A DNA stretch of 64,000 nt from an uncultured Actinomycetes bacterium (GCA_963841735.1 CAWJDT010000001.1:1088001-1152000), one strand, 5' to 3'; positions 20,948 through 33,315 are shown, counted from the stretch's first letter. Program-made: numbers and translations. Notes: generated from the letters alone by a model not told the origin.

Positions 20948-21033
20948 GGGTGCTCTCACTCCTTCCTCGCATGAGAGAGAATGCCCCGGGACTCCGGAGC
21001 TTTCCCTTATCGGATCGTACGGCGCGTGATCCA

Positions 21034-21504
21034 CTAGTAGTGGAGCTTGTCCAGTGCTTGCTGTGCCGCGGGGTCGTCCATGGTGATCTTTGGATCGGCG
21101 TCATCACCCTTGGTGAATGTTGTGTTGTCCTTCGCCACGTCGTTGACCGCCCAGAATGTGCCGGCGCCCTCTGGGTCGTCGGTCGCCCAAACTCCTTGAT
21201 GGTTCTCCATGCTGCTCGAGAATTCCATGGCGACGAAGTACACGTTGGGCAGGGTCGCGCTACTGACCATCCAACCAGAAAGCGGTCTCACCACGGCGTC
21301 TTCCTTTGCGCCCGCGGCGATGGCGTCGAGAAGACTGGGCGATACGATCGTATCCACTGCCTCTGTGGCCGGGGCACCTGCGGCTGCTGTGGTGGCGCTC
21401 ATCGCCGTCGTCGTTTGCGTCGCCCCATCATCTCCGCCGCAGGCGGCAAGGGGGATGACGAACAAGGCAATCGTCAGCGGGATCAAGACGCAACGCAGCT
21501 TCAT
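21034..21504 (-). CDS. Lipoprotein of unknown function
   Basis: Signal peptide MKLR..LAAC lipobox and Thr/Ala-rich linker. Confidence 0.7.
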   Translation of the reverse strand: MKLRCVLIPLTIALFVIPLAACGGDDGATQTTTAMSATTAAAGAPATEAVDTIVSPSLLDAIAAGAKEDAVVRPLSGWMVSSATLPNVYFVAMEFSSSMENHQGVWATDDPEGAGTFWAVNDVAKDNTTFTKGDDADPKITMDDPAAQQALDKLHY

Positions 21505-21611
21505 GACATGGACCCCCATCTTGTTCGAATTAGAATCACTGCAACCGACGGTGATTGGCCGGTGCGCAGAGACCTTATCACCCTGAGGCGGTGCCGACAA
21601 AATCCCATCGG

Positions 21612-21696
21612 TGTTTCACATAGGAACCGGAACTTTGTCCAAGAAGTGTAGAGCAGGTACCGGAGCCGCTGTGGAAAGTATGTGCCGAGACGGCAC
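21612..21696. mobile_element. Relic terminal region of a second IS481-like element
   Basis: TGTAGAGCAGGTACCGGAGCCGCTGTGGAAAGTATGTGCCGAGA resembles the element end at 23331-23414 in the same orientation. Confidence 0.6.
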
Positions 21697-21710
21697 GCGG
21701 CCTATCGGCG

Positions 21711-23414
21711 TGTCAAGTCCCGGTACCCGCTTTACAGTTTGGCTCCGGTACCTTCTTTACAGTCCCTTCGGCCTCGATCGGGATTTGCGATTTCTTCTAG
21801 GAGGCCTTGAGCTTCCTCGGCCGGCCCTTGGGAACGCCGAAGGCCCCGTGCTCCTTGCTTCGGTCGTGCCGAACGGGATGGGTGCGGATGAGCTTGCCCG
21901 CCGCCCAGATCTGGACCGTGTCTCCGGCGAGCCGCACCTCCACCTGCTTGCCGGCACAGGCGGTGCTCACGTGGTAGGCGGTGCCGGCGAAACTGAGATC
22001 GCCCCGGGAATCCACCTGGCGTAGCACCGCTGGATGGGTCCTGGATCGGACTCCGGCCCCTTGAGGCCGCCGGCGTAGGGCAGGCTCCTCCGCCTCGTTC
22101 TTGTGCTTGCGAGCCAAAGTGGCGACGAGCACGCCCCGGTGGAAGATGCTGACCAGACCGTCGGCGCCGAACTCAGCTTCCACCGTCTCTCCGCCCAGGA
22201 AGCGGCCCACGGTGTAGTCGGCTCCGGCGAGGCGCATGCGCCCGTTTGCGCTCACCTTGCGCCTGGCTCGCCGACTGTGAGGCCCGAGCTCGGCATCTGG
22301 TGCTTCGTCTTCTTGGGGAAGGACAGGCTCGAACCTCTCCAGGTTGTCACCCGTGAACCGGTCGGCCGGCGGGACCATGCCGATGCCCTGGTGGGGTCGC
22401 TCGGTGTTGTAGAAAGCCACCCAGACGTCCAGCTCGGCCTGGGCCTCCTCGGGGCCGGCAAAGACCCGGCCTCGCAAGAACTCAGACCTCACGGTCTTGT
22501 GGAAGCGCTCCACCTTGCCGGTGGTGGTGGGCGAGTTAGGCGCGGTTAGGAGATGGCGGATGCCGTTCTCCCGGCAGATGCGATCGAAGAGCACTTCACC
22601 GGGGCGGGGACCAAACCGGCTGGAGAACACCTTGCCGTTGTCGGTGAGGATCTGATCGGGAACACCGTAGCGGCGAAGAGCCGAAGCCAACGCTTCGCAG
22701 ACCGGTCGGGCGGTGGCTCGGAAAGCAAGAAGCGCAGAGATGCAAAAGCGGGAGTGATCGTCCAGGCCGCTCACGAGCTTGAGTTCCGAGCCGTCCGTGA
22801 GCATCACTCCGCCCATGACGTCCATCTGCCAGAGCTCCATGGGCCGACTCCGCTCCCAGCGGCGGTAGTCCTCCCGGCGTTTCTTGCGCTTCTTTGGGTC
22901 GATGAGACCGTGGCGGCAAAGACAGCGGTAGATGGAGGAACGCCCCGGCGGAGGATCGACCCCCTCGCGCAAGAGCTGATGACGGATGCTGCGCGGTCCC
23001 CAGAATGGACGCATCCGCCGGAGTTCCACCACCCGGGCCACCACGTCGGGTGCCATCTGGTGCGGGCAGTTCCCCGGCCGACAGGAATGATCTACCAGGC
23101 CCGCCAGTCCCGCGCGGGCATAGCGCCTAAGCCAGTTGTGCACCGTCTGGCGGGTCACGCCGTAGCGGTGAGCTACCTCGGTCACGGAGGCCCCGCCCAA
23201 GACCTCCAGGATGGCTTTGTGCCGTTGTTCCACGAGTCCCAGCCTGACAAGCACGATGACGACCTCCCCCGATAGCAGCCATTTCTCATGCATATCGGAG
23301 GATTGGGACCGGAGGCCCAGGTCTCAAGGGTGTAAAGCAGGTACCGGAGCCGCGTCCCGAAACTGTAAAGCACCTACCGGAGCCAATGTGTCAAGTATGT
23401 ACCGGGACTACACA
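21711..23414 (-). mobile_element. IS481-family insertion sequence
   Basis: TGT...ACA ends; imperfect terminal inverted repeats TGTCAAGTCCCGGTAC / TGTGTAGTCCCGGTAC; internal repeated GGTACCGGAGC-like binding sites; no clear target duplication. Confidence 0.88.
21797..23293 (-). CDS. IS481-family transposase
   Basis: N-terminal HTH; WQMD, DDHSR, TDNG and GKVERFH DDE motifs; YNTERPHQGI; duplicated C-terminal beta domain. Confidence 0.92.
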   Translation of the reverse strand: MHEKWLLSGEVVIVLVRLGLVEQRHKAILEVLGGASVTEVAHRYGVTRQTVHNWLRRYARAGLAGLVDHSCRPGNCPHQMAPDVVARVVELRRMRPFWGPRSIRHQLLREGVDPPPGRSSIYRCLCRHGLIDPKKRKKRREDYRRWERSRPMELWQMDVMGGVMLTDGSELKLVSGLDDHSRFCISALLAFRATARPVCEALASALRRYGVPDQILTDNGKVFSSRFGPRPGEVLFDRICRENGIRHLLTAPNSPTTTGKVERFHKTVRSEFLRGRVFAGPEEAQAELDVWVAFYNTERPHQGIGMVPPADRFTGDNLERFEPVLPQEDEAPDAELGPHSRRARRKVSANGRMRLAGADYTVGRFLGGETVEAEFGADGLVSIFHRGVLVATLARKHKNEAEEPALRRRPQGAGVRSRTHPAVLRQVDSRGDLSFAGTAYHVSTACAGKQVEVRLAGDTVQIWAAGKLIRTHPVRHDRSKEHGAFGVPKGRPRKLKAS

Positions 23415-23416
23415 CA

Positions 23417-23498
23417 TTGAGTGCTGTCGCGTTTGCCCCCGACTTGCCCCCGAACTCGCCCGAAAGACGCGAAAACCCGGCCACCCGGGCCGGGCTCC
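23417..23498. repeat. Junction repeat, copy R4 (tRNA terminator plus tandem TTGCCCCCGA sites)
   Basis: TTTGCCCCCGACTTGCCCCCGAACTCGCCCGAAAGACGCGAAAACCCGGCC-ACCC-GGGCCGGG. Confidence 0.85.
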
Positions 23499-23526
23499 GA
23501 CTTGGGTAAATCCTGCTTATCTGAAG

Positions 23527-23615
23527 CGGAGAGGGGGGGATTCGAACCCCCGGTGCTGCTTGCGCAGCACAACGGTTTTCGAGACCGCCGCATTCAACCG
23601 CTCTGCCACCTCTCC
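23527..23615 (-). tRNA. tRNA-Ser (CGA)
   Basis: GGAGAGG acceptor, anticodon arm GCGGT-CT-CGA-AA-ACCGT, long variable arm and GGGGGTTCGAATCCCCC; CCA not encoded. Confidence 0.96.
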
Positions 23616-23721
23616 GCGCGGACGCCCCGCAGGGCGCGAAGCGGAGTATAGCGCGAGGAGGGGCGCTGATAGAATCGACATGCAGACACTTATCCCTCAG
23701 CCGTCAGGCAGGTCGCTCGCG

Positions 23722-23910
23722 ATGACAACCGACAGAGTGAGAGAGATCGAGCAGAAGATCGCCGAGCTCAAGGCGCGATGGCCGGCTCATTCCGTGCCGC
23801 CCCACTTGTGGGAGGAGCTGGAGGAGCTGGAGAGCGAACTCACACAGGCTGAGCGCGCCGTCACCGAGGAGACCGATGGCCGGGCAACGGGTTCTGATCG
23901 ACTACAGTAA
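23722..23910 (+). CDS. Small helical hypothetical protein (WPAHSV motif)
   Basis: EIEQKIAELKARWPAHSVPPHLWEELEELE; overlaps the start of the ferredoxin gene. Confidence 0.6.
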   Translation: MTTDRVREIEQKIAELKARWPAHSVPPHLWEELEELESELTQAERAVTEETDGRATGSDRLQ

Positions 23911-24091
23911 GTGCGATCCGAGGCGATGTGAGGGCGGCATCTGCACCGCTGCTCTCGCCTGCCCCCGCAAAGCGATGGGGCAGGAAGCCCCGTACGAAGT
24001 CCCGATGCCGCCTTCCGGCCCCTGCAAGGGCTGCGCCGAGTGCGCGCTCCACTGTCCCTCCAAAGCGGTCCGACTGGTCGCCGGTAGTTGA
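23876..24091 (+). CDS. Small 4Fe-4S ferredoxin
   Basis: IDYSKC..RC...IC....CP and CKGCAECALHCP; GAGGAG RBS. Confidence 0.8.
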   Translation: MAGQRVLIDYSKCDPRRCEGGICTAALACPRKAMGQEAPYEVPMPPSGPCKGCAECALHCPSKAVRLVAGS

Positions 24092-24168
24092 GCGCGCCGC
24101 GCGGCTCGGTGCTGCGCGCGTTTCCCCTTATCGCGGCCTAGTGGTGGCGTTGGCGCCGCTCCCGCGCT

Positions 24169-25176
24169 CTAATGCCGGTGCCCGGAATGCCCGCCCTTCG
24201 CCGGCAAGCCGGCCGCCGGTAAGGCGCAGCTGCTGCCTGCGCACTCCCCTCCGGCGGTCTCCAGCTCCAGAGTGACGTGACCCACGCTGAACGTGCCCGC
24301 GAGCATCGCCTTGACGGCGCCTACAATCGTGCCGGCCTCGGAGACTGCCGCGTCGTCGACCTCCACGTGGGCTGAAAGGGCCAGGTCGCTGGACGAGATC
24401 GACCAAACATGGAGGTCGTGTATGCCCCGCACTCCGGGTATGGTGAGCACGGCCTGCTCCACCACGGCGAGCTCCAGCCCTTCGGGTGTGCCCTCCATAA
24501 GCACGTTCACGGTGCTGCGGATGATCCGGACGGCCTCGCGCCCTATCCAGAGCGACACCAGGACGGAGACGATAGCGTCGGCGTAGTTCCAGTCCCACAG
24601 GTAGAGGACCACGCCGCTCAGCATGACCCCGAGACTGGTGACGGCGTCACCCACCAGGTGCAGGAAGGCGCTACGCAGGTTGAGATCGTGGCCGTGGGAG
24701 CGGAGCAGCAGTGCCGCCACTCCGTTGACCACCAGGCCGCCGCCGGCAAAGATGATGACCCACAGGCCTTCCACCGGCTGGGGATCGAGGATGCGCCGCA
24801 CCGCCTCCACGATGATGTACACCGAGATGGCGACGAGTACTGCCGAGTTGAACAAGGCCACCAGGATCTCGGCCCGCTTGTAGGCGAAGGTGCGGCGGGG
24901 GTTGGCCTCGCGCCGCCCGAGCCTGACGGCCCAGAGGCTGAGGCCCAGTGCCACCACGTCGCTGAGATTGTGAGCCGCGTCGGAGAGTAGTCCCAGGCTG
25001 TTGGCGATGATGCCGCCGACGATCTGCAGCAGCGTGATGACCAGGTTGAGCCCGAGGCTGACGATGAGGCGCCGGTCGGGGGCGACGCCAAGCCCGGGGC
25101 TGCGGATGGGTCCGTGGTCCGCTTCGCGCCCTGCGAGATCCTCCCCCGAGCTACTTTCCGCGGCGAGTCCGATCAC
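24169..25176 (-). CDS. czcD: Cation diffusion facilitator (CzcD-like Zn/Co/Cd exporter)
   Basis: SLGLLSDAAHNLSD, NLRSAFLHLVGD and HDLHVW. Confidence 0.88.
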   Translation of the reverse strand: MIGLAAESSSGEDLAGREADHGPIRSPGLGVAPDRRLIVSLGLNLVITLLQIVGGIIANSLGLLSDAAHNLSDVVALGLSLWAVRLGRREANPRRTFAYKRAEILVALFNSAVLVAISVYIIVEAVRRILDPQPVEGLWVIIFAGGGLVVNGVAALLLRSHGHDLNLRSAFLHLVGDAVTSLGVMLSGVVLYLWDWNYADAIVSVLVSLWIGREAVRIIRSTVNVLMEGTPEGLELAVVEQAVLTIPGVRGIHDLHVWSISSSDLALSAHVEVDDAAVSEAGTIVGAVKAMLAGTFSVGHVTLELETAGGECAGSSCALPAAGLPAKGGHSGHRH

Positions 25177-26163
25177 CGGACCACGATCTCCTCACCCGCT
25201 CTGACGGTCTGGTAGCGCTCGCCGAGGGCGTCCTTGAAGGCGGTCAAAGTCCAGTCACAACTGTCGTGGGCCGAGAGGGCGACCAAGCCGAGATCGAGGC
25301 CGGCCAAACATGACGCCGCCTGCCGCGCTTCGCGTCTGGTGATCCGTTGCCAGGGCAGCTTGCCGTTTCCGATGATGGTCTGTCCGCCTTTGCCCACGCG
25401 CGAGCCTGTCACAGGGAAGTGCAATCCCCCGATCACGCCGTACAGAGGTAACCCCGTGACTGCTTGGGCTCGCTCGAGCATCCTCTGCAGCGACGGGTGC
25501 CCGCAGCCCACGATCGCCACGATGCCCTTGTCGCTCACATTGATCAAGCAGCAGTTGCTCTGCGATGGGTCCCATCCTCCAGATCGCTCGGGTCAGCGGC
25601 CCGCTACTTGCGATCCCTTCGGCCAGCTTGCGCGGCTCTGTGACCACCTCGACCGCGGCCGAGCTGTGGATCATGGGGGTGGGAACGTAGGCCGGTATGC
25701 CATTCAGCGCCACGGGTTGCTCGGAAAGGGCGAAAGTGCGTTCCCGCATCTGCTGCGTTCCGCCCACGTGATCGAGATGAAGGTGGGAGATGAAGACCGC
25801 GTCTATCTCGAAGGGAGAGACCCCCAACTGTTCCATGTTGCGGAGAAGGGGGGAGGGATGCTCTCGCCGGGGGTTGAAGCCCGTGTCGAAGAGGATCTTC
25901 TTCTCGTCGGCGGTGATCAGATACGAGACTCCCGGTTCTCCCAGCAGCCCCTCGCGCGCAGGGTAGAGGTCGATCAGGGGGAGGACGGAGAGGCGCGAGA
26001 CCGCGCCCAATCCTTTGAGCGGCTCGGGTCGCACCTGCTGCCACTCGCGGTCGGCCTGCCTGCGCTCGCGGAGAAAGGCAGCAGTGGCAGCCGGCCGCGT
26101 CAGGCCCGCCAGCGCCCAGTAGACGGCGTACCCCTTGTCCTTGGCCTTGTCCTTCAGTGCCAC
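25173..26163 (-). pseudogene. MBL-fold metallo-hydrolase, frameshifted near 25550
   Basis: ILFDTG and ISHLHLDHVGG in one frame; GCGHP, GGLHF and LSAHDS in the adjacent frame. Confidence 0.75.
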
Positions 26164-26206
26164 GGCGTCCCTCTCCGGGGCTATGCGGCCGTCGGCGACA
26201 CGCCGG

Positions 26207-26686
26207 TCATAGTGCGTCTTGCTCCCGCCGCTCGACGAAGAACTCCCGTAGGAGCCGGGCGGCCTCAATCGCCGAAACCCCGGCGCGGACCTCGGGTTGG
26301 TGGTTGAGGGCCGGATGATCGACGATGTTGAAGACGGTGCCGGCCGCTCCGGCCTTGGGGTCGTCGGCTCCGTAGACCAGTCGCTTGATGCGCGCGAGCA
26401 CGATTGCTCCGGCGCACATAGCGCATGGCTCCAGAGTGACGTAGAGGGTGGCCTCTTTGAGTCGCCACCCGCCCAAGATACCGGCCGCGTCGCGCAGCAC
26501 CAGCATCTCCGCGTGGGCGGTGGGATCGTGGCGCCGCTCGCGCTCGTTGCCCCTAGCGGCGATGACCTCTCCGCTCACCACCAGCACCGCTCCCACGGGC
26601 ACCTCGCCCTGGGCCGCGGCGGTACGGGCCTCGTCGAGGGCTAGGGCCATCAAACGGTAGTCTTCGCCTTGTGAGGGAATGATCAC
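26207..26686 (-). CDS. tadA: tRNA adenosine(34) deaminase
   Basis: [32 protein letters not shown] and LNH. Confidence 0.93.
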   Translation of the reverse strand: MIIPSQGEDYRLMALALDEARTAAAQGEVPVGAVLVVSGEVIAARGNERERRHDPTAHAEMLVLRDAAGILGGWRLKEATLYVTLEPCAMCAGAIVLARIKRLVYGADDPKAGAAGTVFNIVDHPALNHQPEVRAGVSAIEAARLLREFFVERREQDAL

Positions 26687-26814
26687 GACGCGATGCCTTT
26701 GCTCGGGTGGTCTTGCCTGCTCTCACAATCATACAGGGACCTCCCGGGTGCGGCGCGCTTCGGTCCGCTCGCGTGGCACCGCGCCCCCTGCCGTTGTTGC
26801 GCTGGCTTCGCCAC

Positions 26815-27072
26815 TCAGGCCGCCCGCGCCGTGCCGCGTCCCTCTGCCCGTCGCTCCACTCGCAGTCCGCTCACCTCGCTGACACTACCGTCCCTGTGCA
26901 GGATGCGTAGGCCGCGCACTGTGTCCTCGCTTATGTCGAGGTAGATGGCAGCCACTCCGTCCTGCGGCGCCTCGAACTCGATCTCCTGCCGGGTAACTGA
27001 GAACTTGCGGAAGACGACATAGGCTATGCACGCCATCAGAACGGCTGTGGCTACGACGGCTGAAATAAGCAT
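26815..27072 (-). CDS. Small membrane-anchored hypothetical protein
   Basis: GGGAGGG before MLISAVV; N-terminal TM helix. Confidence 0.45.
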   Translation of the reverse strand: MLISAVVATAVLMACIAYVVFRKFSVTRQEIEFEAPQDGVAAIYLDISEDTVRGLRILHRDGSVSEVSGLRVERRAEGRGTARAA

Positions 27073-27377
27073 GAGACCCTCCCGAGCTACTTGGATCACC
27101 TTGAAAAGCAGCATAGCCGACGGGTCGGATAGGAAAGTCGGCGCTCCGGCTCCGGCTCCGGCTGCGGTGCCACCTTCGGATCGACGCCGCCGAAGGCCGG
27201 CCGTCGCGCCAGGGCGCAGCTGAGTCCGCCCCAGTGGCGCGGGGCCGGTACCCGCCGGCGCCCTCCAGCGCCGGCCCGCCCGCTTCGGTCGGATCCGTCT
27301 CTTGACTCCGGATGAGTTTCGCTGCTAGGTTGCTGAGATACTCATCGCATACCACTACTCTCTTCTGGGGGTGCCAC

Positions 27378-28009
27378 ATGGCCCGCATCGAGTTCACCGA
27401 CAACTACCAGGACCTCTCCACCGAAGGCGGGTACCAGTTCAAGTTCGTCTGCGAGAGTTGCGGCAACGGCTACATGTCCAGCTTCGTCGCCAGCAAGAGC
27501 GGCATGGCCACGGGGCTGCTCGGGGAGCCGGCAGCGTCGTCGGTGGCTTTCTGGGCAGGGCCTCATACGGCGCCGACCAATTGCGCGACCTGGTTGCCGG
27601 CCCTGCCCACGACAAGGCGCTGCAGGAAGCGGTGGAGGAGATCCGCCCGTTGTTCGTCCAGTGCAAGCGCTGCGGTCAATGGGTGTGCCGCGAAGTCTGC
27701 TGGAACGCCGACCGGGGTCTGTGCACCGCGTGCGCTCCCATGGCGCAGCGGGAGATCAGCTCTCTGCAGGCCCAGATCACGGTCGAGCAGGCCGGGCAGA
27801 AACTGCGCGAGCAGGACCTAACTGCCGGGCTCAACCTCAGCGCCTCCGCGGTGGTCATCTGCCCCACCTGCGGCGTCGAGAACGAGGGCGGCAAGTTCTG
27901 CCAGGAGTGCGGAGGCTCCCTCGCGGCGCGCACCGAATGCCCGAGGTGCGGCACCAAGTTCAAGGCCGGCGCCAAGTTCTGTCCTGAGTGCGGCGCCAAG
28001 ACCAACTGA
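27378..28009 (+). pseudogene. Double zinc-ribbon protein, frameshifted near 27520
   Basis: MARIEFTDNYQDLSTEGGYQFKFVCESCGNG continues in another frame into QCKRCGQWVC and CxxC repeats (CPTCG, FCQECG, CPRCG, FCPECG). Confidence 0.75.
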
Positions 28010-29304
28010 TGACCCGCACCGGTCGGTTCAGTTTCGACGGGCGTTCTGGGGCGGCCGAATGGTCGTTCGACGGATCGTCGCTTGTGGTCACCCCCGAGGA
28101 TGGAGGCCCGCTTTCCTTTGCCGTGAAAGAGATCACCGGCGTGTCCGGCGATGGCTACACAGTCCGCGTGGGCCTCGATGGCGCGGAGGCCCCACTCGAA
28201 CTCTCCATGCTGGGCCACGACGGTCCCACCCTGCTTGAGTCGCTCCGCCGGGAGTGGATCAAAGCTCGCGCGGGAGTCCTGCGGCTTGGCGGGTCGGGCG
28301 ACGGTTGGCCCACCTCAGGCCTGGTCGCCGGTCTCGATGCAACGGGCACGCAGGGCGTGGCGGCGGAACCCTTCAACGCTCTGGTGTTCGAGGATGTCCT
28401 GGTGGTCGCAAGCGAAGGTCGGGATCTCGATCCCCTGTTCCTAGCCCTCGCAGAGAAGACCTTCTTCGACGAGTCCACCTACACTGTTCACGTGGACGAA
28501 TGGCCCGGACGGAGTGTCGTCTTCTCCAAGTTGGCAAAGGAGACCGAGGAGTTCCTGCGTCGTCTGGCCGACAACCGGGCACTCTTGGCCAAGGAGGCGG
28601 CGACGACGTTGGCCGCGACCGTTCCTAGCGTCCCCGCGGGACAGCGAGGCGCTTTAGCCGGCACTTGGATGCCAGGCAGACTTCTTGATGTCTCAAGAAT
28701 GGACGCTCTCTGTCCGGGGTTCGAGCAGGCTTTGTGTAGCGAATGGTTGCCCTCTCTGCCCCGGCACGAGGAAGGCACCTACCTGTTGGAGTGGGCGACG
28801 GCCGGATCGACCTGGCTGGGCTGCATGCGTGAAGCGGACGCGGCCGGCACGGGCGGCGAAGACGGAGCGGCCGAGGGCGACGCTGCCGGCGAAGACGGAA
28901 CGGGCGTCGGGGAGACGGCGGAGAGTGAGCCGGCTCCCGACAAGACCGTGAAGCTCAGGCCGGCGGAGGGCGACGCTGCCACGAGGCCGCTATGGATGCT
29001 GGCGGGCAAGAAGGGCACCTGGTTCTTGGAGGCCCTTTCTGTCGAAGACCGGGCCACCTACTGCTTTGCCGGTGGCGACGATATGCCCGCTCTTGTGTCG
29101 TGCCTGCTATGCGCGCCGCAGTTCTCCAAGGAGGCCCTCTACAACCCGCTCAGCGAGCTGATAGGCGACAAGGCCGACCTGGCCATCCCGGCTCGGTCTC
29201 TAGGCTTTCTGGTGGAGCTGCGCAAGCGCTTCCGACAGCGGGTCATCCACCGGTCGGCGGAGGGCTGGAAGGGCGATATCGACAAGCTTGGCGGGGGCGC
29301 CTAG
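28009..29304 (+). CDS. Hypothetical protein
   Basis: Long ORF coupled by TGATG to the upstream gene. Confidence 0.65.
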   Translation: MTRTGRFSFDGRSGAAEWSFDGSSLVVTPEDGGPLSFAVKEITGVSGDGYTVRVGLDGAEAPLELSMLGHDGPTLLESLRREWIKARAGVLRLGGSGDGWPTSGLVAGLDATGTQGVAAEPFNALVFEDVLVVASEGRDLDPLFLALAEKTFFDESTYTVHVDEWPGRSVVFSKLAKETEEFLRRLADNRALLAKEAATTLAATVPSVPAGQRGALAGTWMPGRLLDVSRMDALCPGFEQALCSEWLPSLPRHEEGTYLLEWATAGSTWLGCMREADAAGTGGEDGAAEGDAAGEDGTGVGETAESEPAPDKTVKLRPAEGDAATRPLWMLAGKKGTWFLEALSVEDRATYCFAGGDDMPALVSCLLCAPQFSKEALYNPLSELIGDKADLAIPARSLGFLVELRKRFRQRVIHRSAEGWKGDIDKLGGGA

Positions 29305-29340
29305 GCTCAGCGCGAGCGCCCGCCAAGAACGGTCGGCCCA

Positions 29341-29496
29341 AAGAAAAAGCGAGTCCCGAGTGAACTCGCTTTTCGCCTTTCAACGGCTCCCACTGCAGAC
29401 CGGTCTCACGGTACTCCGCGGCCATTTGCCTCCGCGTTTCCTCCTCCGGCCCCCTTGTGAGTTCCTCAGACGCTGCGCTGGACTCTCGGGACTCTG
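29341..29496 (-). ncRNA. Candidate rod-shaped small RNA (6S-like or GGA-rich)
   Basis: Closing stem GAGTCCCGAG/CTCGGGACTC, nested helices, terminator hairpin with U-tract, and upstream promoter. Confidence 0.55.
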
Positions 29497-29502
29497 GTGA
29501 TG

Positions 29503-29530
29503 ATTCTAGTCTTTCCGGTTGGGAAAGCAA
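29503..29530 (-). promoter_or_regulatory. Sigma70-type promoter for the candidate sRNA
   Basis: Minus strand TTGCTT-N16-TAGAAT, with an A/T tract upstream. Confidence 0.55.
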
Positions 29531-29670
29531 GACCTTTGAGACCCCTCCCAAAGAAGAAAAAACCGGTGTGTGCGAATGGTGCCAGCGGCCCTCTCATTCG
29601 CTGCCAGCGGCCCCCTCTGTTCATGAGGGTTTGCGGCCTTTCGCGACGGCGACCGGCCCACGCGCGACAC

Positions 29671-32913
<3,243 letters not shown>

Positions 32914-33278
32914 ATAAGTCTTCCTCTTCCTCGCGACTGGTCGGGACTCGGCGCCGGGCGCCGGAGCCGGGCCCGTGGCCTCGGTAGGGGCTTGGGGCGT
33001 AGCTGCCGGGGTGACGGCGCGGGGCACGGTCGCCCGTGCGGCGGCCTTGCTCCGGGGTCGATTCTATCGTGGAGGGAGCGTCGGCGATACTGGTCTTGAC
33101 CCGATTGCGTGACCCTTCGGAAATCGACGACTGCCGTGCCGCATTGTTGCGCCACGACATCCTTCGCTCGTCTCCCTTGGGTCGCCTAGAGATGGAAGTG
33201 CGAGCAGCCTCGCACGGACCGGTATTTGGGTGCCACGTACAAGCGCCGGGGGCGAGTACCCGATCGCCGGCGGCAGCC

Positions 33279-33307
33279 AAACAAAAAGCCCCGCAAAAGC
33301 GGGGCTT
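33279..33307 (-). terminator. Intrinsic terminator of the tRNA operon
   Basis: AAGCCCCGC-TTTT-GCGGGGCTT followed by a T-run on the minus strand. Confidence 0.8.
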
Positions 33308-33315
33308 CCGTGAAG

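Noticed and set aside
8501-23498. Junction repeats as a CRISPR array or classical integron attC sites
   Set aside because: Copies are kilobases apart and degenerate; no cas or intI genes and no RYYYAAC/GTTRRRY boxes.
27145-27163. (CCGGCT)3 micro-repeat
   Set aside because: Short low-complexity GC repeat with no supporting context.
29243-29551. 102-aa minus-strand ORF over the sRNA candidate
   Set aside because: It starts upstream of the promoter, runs through the terminator into a convergent gene, and has no protein-like motifs or RBS.
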